DNA from: Phycisphaerae bacterium
GTDB lineage: Bacteria; Planctomycetota; Phycisphaerae; WQYP01
Direction: 5' to 3'
Assembly (NCBI GenBank): GCA_044344145.1
Contig: JBIJDM010000003.1
Location: 1 to 33,653 of the forward strand
DNA length: 33,653 nucleotides
Below the pieces are notes generated by a model, which worked only from the letters and a program-made list of their open reading frames with translations, searched no databases and was not told the origin of the DNA. Of the stretch, positions 8,671 through 16,425 are shown one piece after another. The position numbers and the translations under genes were made by a program. Positions within the stretch are counted from its first letter, which is position 1. Every line of letters starts with the position of its first letter.

Positions 8671-9996
8671 TTATCGCGTGAATCCACAACAAATCTTGAA
8701 CTTTTTTCCGCTGCCACAGGGACAGGGACCATTGGGCCGGGGGCCGTCGGTGCGGGCCAATTCCTCCCGCCGGAGTTCCACCATAAGTTCGGCCGGGGCC
8801 CGGTGCTGGCGGATCAAGGTGGCCATACGTTTCATATAGGGATCAATATGCGAGAAAAAAGTCTTATATCCGGCACACAAATAATTCCAACCCGGTTCAC
8901 CATCAGGTGTGGTCATAAAGCGGTGCTTGGGGCATTCCCCCCGACAAGCAAACAGAACCGGACATTGCCGACAGTAGGCCGGCAGGCTATCGGCTTTATC
9001 CCGGCCAAACTTACGTTGGGCGGGGGAATTCACCAGTTCGCCCAGGGACTGGTCCATGATATTGCCCAGCCGATACTCGGGATAGACATAATGGTCACAC
9101 GCGTACAAATCACCATTATGTTCCAGCGCCAGCGCGGCGCCGCAGGTTTCGGAAAATATACACAAACTGCTGGGCAGACCCAGCCAGATCCCCAGTTGGA
9201 CATCAAACAGTTGCACATAGGTCCGACCAATGTCATGACGGACCCAATGGTCGAAAATCTCGATCAGAAAGCGGCCCCACGCCGCGGGCTGTACCGACCA
9301 GGGCGCCACCGGCCCTGTGGCCGACCAGATGGGCAGCAAATGCGGCGCCCCGGAAGGACTGGGGGCCTGAGTGCGTTCGACCAGCGGGATAAACTGAATA
9401 AAACCCCCGCCGTGGTCGCGCAGCCAGCGGTAGGTTTCCAGCGGATATTGACTGTTGTAATCGTTGACTACACAGAGAAAGTTATAGTCCACCCGATGCC
9501 GCTTCAGCACTTCCAAGCCGTGCATGACGCGGTCAAACGTGGGTTGACCCTGTTTATCCACCCGGTAATGGTCCGTCATGTGCCGGGGGCCGTCCACCGA
9601 CACACCCACCAGAAATTGCTCCCGGGCTAAAAATTCACCCCACGTGTCATCCAGCAACGTGCCGTTGGTTTGCAGGGCATTGAGAATTTTGGTGCCCGGC
9701 GGGGCATATTGGCGCTGCAGTTCCAGTACCCGCTGGAAAAACTTGACCCCCAGCAATGTGGGTTCGCCCCCCTGCCAGGCGAAACTAATCTCCGGGGCCG
9801 TCTGACTGCGGATATATTCACTGATATAGCGTTCCAGTAGGGCCTCATTCATCGCCCAGCGGGTGGAACCGGGATACAACGCCTCTTTTTCCAGATAAAA
9901 GCAGTATCGGCAATCCAGATTACAGATCGGACCAATCGGCTTGGTCATGACGTGATAGGCCCGCGGGGGCGGGGTTATGGATGCGGGCTTTTCCAT
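8671..9996 (-). CDS. Anaerobic sulfatase-maturating enzyme (radical SAM/SPASM) with C-terminal SEC-C motif
   Basis: KPIGPICNLDCRYCFY, WQGGEPTL, CIFSETCG, GDLYACDHY, CRQC..CRGECPKHR and PCPCGSGKKFKICCG. Start 9996 chosen; the track start at 10035 would overlap the track's truA start. Confidence 0.95.
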   Translation of the reverse strand: MEKPASITPPPRAYHVMTKPIGPICNLDCRYCFYLEKEALYPGSTRWAMNEALLERYISEYIRSQTAPEISFAWQGGEPTLLGVKFFQRVLELQRQYAPPGTKILNALQTNGTLLDDTWGEFLAREQFLVGVSVDGPRHMTDHYRVDKQGQPTFDRVMHGLEVLKRHRVDYNFLCVVNDYNSQYPLETYRWLRDHGGGFIQFIPLVERTQAPSPSGAPHLLPIWSATGPVAPWSVQPAAWGRFLIEIFDHWVRHDIGRTYVQLFDVQLGIWLGLPSSLCIFSETCGAALALEHNGDLYACDHYVYPEYRLGNIMDQSLGELVNSPAQRKFGRDKADSLPAYCRQCPVLFACRGECPKHRFMTTPDGEPGWNYLCAGYKTFFSHIDPYMKRMATLIRQHRAPAELMVELRREELARTDGPRPNGPCPCGSGKKFKICCGFTR

Positions 9997-10069
9997 AGCA
10001 TGATGATACGACCACCCGGCCGGAATGCAATCCACTTGCCCCCCGGCGATAAATCACCACAATAACAGC

Positions 10070-10858
10070 ATGCATACGGCCCCGCTGCAAACTTTCTGCC
10101 TGACGATTGCCTATGACGGCACCCAGTATCATGGCTGGCAACGCCAAAATGGGGTGGCCACGGTCCAGGCCGAGGTGGAACAGGCTGCGGGCCGGATTTT
10201 GAACCAACCCGTAGGTATTCATGGCGCCTCGCGCACCGATACCGGCGTCCATGCCTGGGGCCAGTTGGCCCGGATGGAGGCGTATACGACGCTGGACCCG
10301 CTGCGCATGCGCCGGGCGATCAACAGCCGCCTGCCGGGAGATATTCTGGTGCGGGACATCACACCCCAACCGCTGGGGTTTGATGTGCATCCCGCGCGGC
10401 GGAAGCGCTATCGCTATCTGATCTGGAACAGTCCCGACCGGCCCATGTTCAACCGGGCGTATTGCTATCACTATTACCGGCCGCTGGATATCGCCCGTAT
10501 GCAGGCCGCCTGCCGACACTTTGAGGGGACCCACGACTATATCGCGTTTCGCGGCTGTCAGGACCACCGGCCCAATACCACGCGCACAATTTACGACTGC
10601 TCTATCCATCGGCGCGGACCGCTGGTCATGTTCAGCGTGATCGGCAGCGGATTTATGTACCACATGGTGCGCACCATGGTGGGGACCGTGCTGGAAATCG
10701 GCCGCGGCCACTGGGAACCCGAGCGCATTGATGCCATTATCGCCAGCCAAGACCGCCAGCAGGCCGGGCCGACCGCCCCGCCGCAGGGGCTGTGTCTGCA
10801 ATGGATCGAATTGGGCACCCCCGATGATGCGCAGACCGCCGACGCGGGGGAGGAATAA
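10070..10858 (+). CDS. truA: tRNA pseudouridine(38-40) synthase
   Basis: YDGTQYHGWQRQ, ASRTDTGVHA, GFMYHMVR and TAPPQGLCL motifs; start could be 10025 or 10070. Confidence 0.97.
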   Translation: MHTAPLQTFCLTIAYDGTQYHGWQRQNGVATVQAEVEQAAGRILNQPVGIHGASRTDTGVHAWGQLARMEAYTTLDPLRMRRAINSRLPGDILVRDITPQPLGFDVHPARRKRYRYLIWNSPDRPMFNRAYCYHYYRPLDIARMQAACRHFEGTHDYIAFRGCQDHRPNTTRTIYDCSIHRRGPLVMFSVIGSGFMYHMVRTMVGTVLEIGRGHWEPERIDAIIASQDRQQAGPTAPPQGLCLQWIELGTPDDAQTADAGEE

Positions 10859-10860
10859 CC

Positions 10861-12003
10861 ATGCGGATCATGCACATCATTACCCGGCTGGTGGTGGGCG
10901 GAGCGCAGGAAAACACGCTCCTGACCTGCCGGGGGCTGCACGAACGCGGCCATGAAGTGATTTTAATCACCGGGCCGAGTCTGGGGCCGGAAGGATCGCT
11001 GCTGGAGCGGGCGCAAAGTGAGGGGTACCGGGTGATCGTGTGTCCCCATCTGGTGCGCAATCCGCATCCGTGGCATGATCTGATGGCGTATCGGGCCATC
11101 AAACGCTGGTGCCGTCAGTTGCAGCCCGAGGTGGTGCATACGCACTCGTCGAAGGCGGGGATTATTGGCCGGGCCGCAGCGCGGGCCGCGGGGGTGCGGC
11201 GCGTTATCCATACCATTCACGGCCTGCCGTTTCATCCGTATCAGGCGGGCTGGATGAATAAGTTGTGGGTAGGCTTGGAACGCTGGGCGGCGCGGCGGTG
11301 TGATCATATTCTCTGCGTGGCCGACGCCATGACGCGCCAGGCCCGGGCGGCGGGTGTGGGTTATGAAGGGCAATTCACCACGGTCTACAGCGGGATGGAA
11401 GTGGAGCCGTTTCTGGCCGATGCACCCACGCGTGCAGCCATGCGGCAGGAATTGGGCATCCCCGCCGACCGGCTGGTCATGGCCGTGGTGGCCCGACTGC
11501 AACCGCTCAAGGGGCATGATGATTTGCTGGCCATGACGCCGGAACTGTTTGCTGCGTATCCGCAGGCCCACTGGCTTTGGATTGGTGATGGTGTGTATCG
11601 CGCGCGGTTCGAAGCGCACATCCGCAGTCAGGGTTGGCAGGATCGCTTCACCTTGACGGGACTGGTCCCCCCCGCCCGGATTGCCCCGCTGCTGAAAACG
11701 GCGGACCTGCTGGTGCATCCGAGTTATCGCGAAGGCCTGGCGCGAGCGCTGCCCCAGGCGCTGCTCAGTGGCTTGCCGGTGGTGAGTTACGACTGCGACG
11801 GTGCGGCGGAAGTATGTCAGCCGGGGCGTACGGGGGTTTTGGTACCGACCGGGAACCAGAAACTATTGGCCCGCGGTGTGGGTGAATTATTGGCGGATGG
11901 CGACCTGCGCCAGCGCTATGGACAAGCGGGACGAGACTGGTGCTGGCGGCGCTTCGACTGGCGCGTAATGGTGGAAGAAATCGAAAAATCATATGATTTA
12001 TGA
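10861..12003 (+). CDS. Glycosyltransferase family 4
   Basis: ITRLVVGGAQEN, VHTHSSKAG, HTIHG and PSYREGLARALPQA; begins 2 nt after the truA stop with an overlapping GAGG. Confidence 0.93.
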   Translation: MRIMHIITRLVVGGAQENTLLTCRGLHERGHEVILITGPSLGPEGSLLERAQSEGYRVIVCPHLVRNPHPWHDLMAYRAIKRWCRQLQPEVVHTHSSKAGIIGRAAARAAGVRRVIHTIHGLPFHPYQAGWMNKLWVGLERWAARRCDHILCVADAMTRQARAAGVGYEGQFTTVYSGMEVEPFLADAPTRAAMRQELGIPADRLVMAVVARLQPLKGHDDLLAMTPELFAAYPQAHWLWIGDGVYRARFEAHIRSQGWQDRFTLTGLVPPARIAPLLKTADLLVHPSYREGLARALPQALLSGLPVVSYDCDGAAEVCQPGRTGVLVPTGNQKLLARGVGELLADGDLRQRYGQAGRDWCWRRFDWRVMVEEIEKSYDL

Positions 12004-12008
12004 CGTAC

Positions 12009-12071
12009 GTAGTATCGCCTTCAGGCGATGACTCGCGGCGCCGCACCGGAACCGCCTGAAGGCGGTACTAG
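12009..12071. repeat. REP doublet (REPIN-like), GTAG-type
   Basis: Arm 1 GTAG-TA-TCGCCTTCAGGCGA (12009-12028); inverted arm 2 CCGCCTGAAGGCGG-TA-CTAG (12052-12071). Each arm is itself palindromic; the element lies between convergent genes. Confidence 0.75.
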
Positions 12072-12089
12072 ATACATAAGCGCTTTTCT

Positions 12090-12992
12090 TCACTGGTGGA
12101 TGCCGGAATAGATTTTTTGTACCGGGTGATACTTGCGGATCAGAGCTTCGGCTTGGGCAATGGTATCTGCCGTCGAGGTGGCAGCGACCGCATGTTCTTG
12201 CGTGTTCATCATGGCCGTGGCCACAGGCGGCCGCGCCTCCGTTGTCTCGGTATACGTGTGCACGGCACTGCACCTCGGACATATTTCTAGGGGTATGATT
12301 AGTTCGGACCCGGCGACACCACCGACCCGACTTTGGGCTTGGGCAATGATGTCATACGCCTCGGTACGTTCCGAACCCTCGACCATCATGGCGGCCGTGG
12401 CTTTGGCACCGGTAAGGTCGCGGGCCCGGACCTGGGCAACCACCAACTGAAAATACAGGTCCATACGGATGAATTCATTATTAATTGTGGCCACCCCACG
12501 ATCATTGGGATAAGACAATTGGGCAACACACTCTTTGGCCTGCTCAACCTGCCCGGCCATAATCATGGCAGAAATTACGAAGGCCTGCGGATTTTGATAA
12601 CTAAAAAACAGAAACTGACCATCGTGCGGTTTGACCTTGACCGCCAGCCTCCGGGTGGCGGCAACCTCTCCCGCCAAGGCATACTGGCCGATAATGGCCC
12701 GGTAAGACTGATCTTTAAGGTCAGGATCAGTCATGGCTTCGGTCTCCGTTTCCGCCCTCTTCAGCAACGCCACCACCGCCCTCATGTGCTCCTGAGGTAG
12801 CGTCAAGTAGGTGTATGCAGGGGTGGTCTTACGTGTGGCCGGGTGACTGGCTGGCATGGTCGCAGCTCGGGGTATGGCAGGTAGCGGCGCGGGTGTAGGA
12901 TCCTCACCACAGGCGGCCAATCCAATGAGCAGTGCCCAACCCAGAATAGCTTTGCAGCCAAAGTCAAAGCAGTAACCATGTGGATAGGGCAT
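12090..12992 (-). CDS. Putative lipoprotein with helical repeats; C-terminus possibly degenerate
   Basis: Lipobox LAAC after a hydrophobic stretch, a Pro/Thr linker and alanine-rich helical repeat units. Start uncertain (12992 or 13061). Confidence 0.6.
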   Translation of the reverse strand: MPYPHGYCFDFGCKAILGWALLIGLAACGEDPTPAPLPAIPRAATMPASHPATRKTTPAYTYLTLPQEHMRAVVALLKRAETETEAMTDPDLKDQSYRAIIGQYALAGEVAATRRLAVKVKPHDGQFLFFSYQNPQAFVISAMIMAGQVEQAKECVAQLSYPNDRGVATINNEFIRMDLYFQLVVAQVRARDLTGAKATAAMMVEGSERTEAYDIIAQAQSRVGGVAGSELIIPLEICPRCSAVHTYTETTEARPPVATAMMNTQEHAVAATSTADTIAQAEALIRKYHPVQKIYSGIHQ

Positions 12993-13105
12993 ATCTTGCT
13001 CCACGGCCAGCGGGGACGGCACGCCAGTAAGAGTCAACACGCGCAGCAACAATACCACCAAACCTTCAGATCGTCAAAATCATCCCGGTTATGAGGTGGA
13101 TCGCG

Positions 13106-14668
13106 TCAGGCGCTGGGGGCCAGGCGCGGGGTCCAGGTGGCGCCGGTGGGAGTATCTTTTACAATCACCCCCAGGGCGGCGAGTTCGCCGCGTAAGGTGT
13201 CCGAGCGAGCCCAATCTTTATCGTTACGGGCCTGTGTGCGTTGCGCCATCAGGGCAGTGATTTGGGTCTCGGTGGCGGCATCGGGCATCAACAGCGGGGT
13301 GAAAACCACGCCGAGCACACCATCCACCTGCCGCAGACACGCCAGCGCGGCCGCAGCGCGGTCGAGGGGGAATTTGCGCTGTTTGCTGAGGTTCGTCGCC
13401 CAGGTATAGACTGCCCCCACCGCCCCGGCGATATTGAGATCATCGTGTAGCGCCGTGCGGAAATCGTTGATCAAAGTAACATCTTCCGGGGCACTCACCG
13501 GCTTGGCTTCGGCCCAGCCGGGGGTGGCTTCCAAACGCGCGGCCAGATCGCGCAAGGTGGTTACCCCGGCAGCGGCATCGTGCAGCCCTTGCAGCGTGAA
13601 GTTCATGGGCTCGCGGTAACGCGTGGTAATCAACGCATAGCGGATCACCACCGGCTGGAAACCTTTCGCCAGCAGATCGCGGATGGTGAAGAAATTACCC
13701 TTGCTCTTGCTCATCTTGGTGCCGTCCACCATCAGGTGGCGGGTGTGCAGCCAATAGCGGACAAACGGGTGGCCGGTAGCGCCTTCGCTCTGGGCGATTT
13801 CACACTCGTGGTGCGGGAAGATGTTGTCCTCACCGCCGGTGTGCAGGTCGAGACTGTCACCGAGCAATTGCGTGGCCATGGCGGAACATTCGATATGCCA
13901 GCCGGGATAGCCTTCGCCCCAGGGACTCGGCCAGCGCATCAGATGACGGGCATCGGGTTTCCAGAGGAAAAAGTCGGCGGGATGCTTTTTGGCCGCCTGA
14001 CTGGCGGTGCGCCCACCAGCGCCATGGCTGAGCCGTTCCAGCACATTACCCGACAGACAGCCGTAGGCCGGAAACGAGCGGATATCGTAATAGACCACGC
14101 CATCGATGCCGACATAGGCATGGCCGCGGGCGATGAGTTTTTCGATCATGGCGATAAACGCAGCGATGTAGTGCGTGGGCCGGGGCATGATTTTTTCGCG
14201 GGCTGCGGCATCGGGGGCGGCATCGTAGTCCCCCACCACGCGCAGGCCCAATTGCCGGGCATCGTGCAGGAATTGGGTGATGAAATACTCGGCCACTTGA
14301 TACGGATCATCGGGATTTTCGACCTGGGCAACCCCGGACTTCTTGTTTTCTTTCAGCCGGCGGGCGGCCACGGCCATTTTATCCTCACCGCTGCCATCGG
14401 CCTGGGCATCGTCGGTCATGTGGCCGACGTCGGTCATGTTCATCACCTGTTGCACGGTAGCGCCATCGAATTCCAGGACGCGCCGCAACAGATCGGCAAA
14501 GAGAAACGCGCGGAAGTTCCCGATGTGGGCCAGATCATAGACCGTGGGCCCGCAGGTATAGAGACTCACCGAAGCCCCGCGCAGCGGCGCGGCGGCATCC
14601 GGCCCGGGCTTCAGGGGGACAAAGTCGGCGATTTCGTGCTTCAGCGTGTTATACAAGCGCAGGGTCAT
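13106..14668 (-). CDS. cysS: Cysteine--tRNA ligase
   Basis: YTCGPTVY, HIGN, GYPGWHIECS, FPHHECE and KMSKSKGN motifs plus the anticodon-binding C-terminus. Confidence 0.98.
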   Translation of the reverse strand: MTLRLYNTLKHEIADFVPLKPGPDAAAPLRGASVSLYTCGPTVYDLAHIGNFRAFLFADLLRRVLEFDGATVQQVMNMTDVGHMTDDAQADGSGEDKMAVAARRLKENKKSGVAQVENPDDPYQVAEYFITQFLHDARQLGLRVVGDYDAAPDAAAREKIMPRPTHYIAAFIAMIEKLIARGHAYVGIDGVVYYDIRSFPAYGCLSGNVLERLSHGAGGRTASQAAKKHPADFFLWKPDARHLMRWPSPWGEGYPGWHIECSAMATQLLGDSLDLHTGGEDNIFPHHECEIAQSEGATGHPFVRYWLHTRHLMVDGTKMSKSKGNFFTIRDLLAKGFQPVVIRYALITTRYREPMNFTLQGLHDAAAGVTTLRDLAARLEATPGWAEAKPVSAPEDVTLINDFRTALHDDLNIAGAVGAVYTWATNLSKQRKFPLDRAAAALACLRQVDGVLGVVFTPLLMPDAATETQITALMAQRTQARNDKDWARSDTLRGELAALGVIVKDTPTGATWTPRLAPSA

Positions 14669-14758
14669 AGTAATTCCTAACGAACCAAAAATACGTAGCA
14701 CGTATGGTAGCGACCATGGCCGATGGCGTAAACCCACCCCCACCGTCGGCGGGCTGGG

Positions 14759-15256
14759 TCAGGCCTTGCGTTCGTAGGTACCCGTCAGGGTGGTGCGGGC
14801 GAGAATATGGCCGCTCATGGCCCGTTTGAGGGCGGCTTTGTCCGCGCCGGGAGGCAAATCCAACCGCCGATCCAGCGCGTAAAGCTGGAAATGATAATGA
14901 TGTACGCCATGGCCGGGCGGGGGCATGGGACCGTTGTAACCCACGCGCCCATCGGGCCAGGTATTGGGCCCCTGCCGGGCAGTCAAAGCGCCGGCAACCT
15001 GGATTTGTTGGGGCACACCTTCGGGCAAGCCCCGCAGCGTGGGTGCAAGATCATAAATCACCCAATGAACCCAGGCGCCGGGCGTCGGCGCATCGGGGTC
15101 GTCGCAGATCAGGGCCAGACTAACAGTACCGGCAGGCGGTGTGGTCCAGGTCAGCGCGGGCGAGAGATCGGCGCCATCGCCGGTGTGTCGGGTGGGGATG
15201 CGGGTGCCTTGGGTAAAGGCGGGACTGCGAAGTATGAAGTCAAAATTCGGGAGCAT
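14759..15256 (-). CDS. YbhB/YbcL family PEBP (Raf kinase inhibitor-like) protein
   Basis: DDPDAP, WVHWVIY, YNGPMPPPGHGVHHY and LYALD; GGAGG before ATG 15256. Confidence 0.95.
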   Translation of the reverse strand: MLPNFDFILRSPAFTQGTRIPTRHTGDGADLSPALTWTTPPAGTVSLALICDDPDAPTPGAWVHWVIYDLAPTLRGLPEGVPQQIQVAGALTARQGPNTWPDGRVGYNGPMPPPGHGVHHYHFQLYALDRRLDLPPGADKAALKRAMSGHILARTTLTGTYERKA

Positions 15257-15324
15257 CGGGACCTCCTGCGGGTTAGGCACTGGCTGCTCTTATTCTAGTC
15301 ACCCGGCGGGGTCAAAGACAGCGC

Positions 15325-16425
15325 TTAGCGCTGGTAAAGCGGAACATAGTGATACGGTAACGCCAGCACATGGGTATAAACCGCGGTGGCATAGAGCGTC
15401 CCCAATTCCTTGTGCCCGCCGTCGAGTTGCTCCCAATAAATCATGGTCTTGTCGCCTTCGATTTTCTTGGCTTTGTCTTTCAGCGTCTTATTCACCAGAC
15501 CATACCAGGTTTCCCATGATTCCCCGCCGACCATATACATGGCCGGCGCGGCATAAAAATAACCATACGTAAGCCACGATGTATCCGCGCGGCTCTTGGG
15601 GTCTTTGAGTACCTTCAGCAGATAGTCCACAGCGGTGGTGATTTTGGGATCGTCATAAATCCCGCAGACCTGAATGGAATAGATTGCCGCCGCCGTCCGG
15701 GCCAAACCCGGTTGATTGTTGCGCGGCTGATAGGTAAACGCCCCCGAGGGTTTGTCGTAGCACGATTTCACATACGCAATGGCACGGTCAATCGTCTTCT
15801 GGGGGACATCGACCCCGGCATTTTTAGCCGCGCGCAAGGCCACAACCTGAAGCACCGTAACGGAAATATCCGCGCCGCTCGGTTTGGGTTCGTAGCGCCA
15901 ACCTCCCTCTTGGTTTTGGGCGCCGATAATCAACTTGATGGATTTTTCCAACGTGGTTTTGACCTTCGGGTCGCGCGTCAGGCCGTAGACCTCACCCAAC
16001 ATGATCGTGGCGATGCCGTGATCATACATGTTGGATTTCTTGCTACCCTTGGTGGTTTTTTCCGAATTCAAATAACCTTCGGGCAGGGCGCAGCTCAACA
16101 CAAAATCCACGCCGCGTTGAACGTGCTTGCCATATTCACCCTCGTTGGGCAGATTGCCGGTGGCCAGCAACGCCATCACGGTATATGCCGTCATGGCCAG
16201 CGGATGCTCATCATCCTGCACGGTCCAGGAACCGTTGGGATTCTGCCGGGAGGCCAGATAGCGCTGGGCGCCTTTGAGCAATTCCTCGGTGGCCGCATCC
16301 ACGACCACCTTGTCCTTGGGCCGGGCGGGAGTAGTGGTCGGGCCCGTGCCCGAGACCGACAGCACGCCCAGTGTGGTCGTGGCCAGAAGGATGGCCGACA
16401 GAATCAGGGCAAGTGATTTGTTCAT
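15325..16425 (-). CDS. Exported prenyltransferase/squalene oxidase repeat protein
   Basis: Signal peptide; QW-type repeats QNPNGSW and QNQEGGWRY; MYDHGIAT; ATGA overlap with the upstream gene. Confidence 0.88.
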   Translation of the reverse strand: MNKSLALILSAILLATTTLGVLSVSGTGPTTTPARPKDKVVVDAATEELLKGAQRYLASRQNPNGSWTVQDDEHPLAMTAYTVMALLATGNLPNEGEYGKHVQRGVDFVLSCALPEGYLNSEKTTKGSKKSNMYDHGIATIMLGEVYGLTRDPKVKTTLEKSIKLIIGAQNQEGGWRYEPKPSGADISVTVLQVVALRAAKNAGVDVPQKTIDRAIAYVKSCYDKPSGAFTYQPRNNQPGLARTAAAIYSIQVCGIYDDPKITTAVDYLLKVLKDPKSRADTSWLTYGYFYAAPAMYMVGGESWETWYGLVNKTLKDKAKKIEGDKTMIYWEQLDGGHKELGTLYATAVYTHVLALPYHYVPLYQR

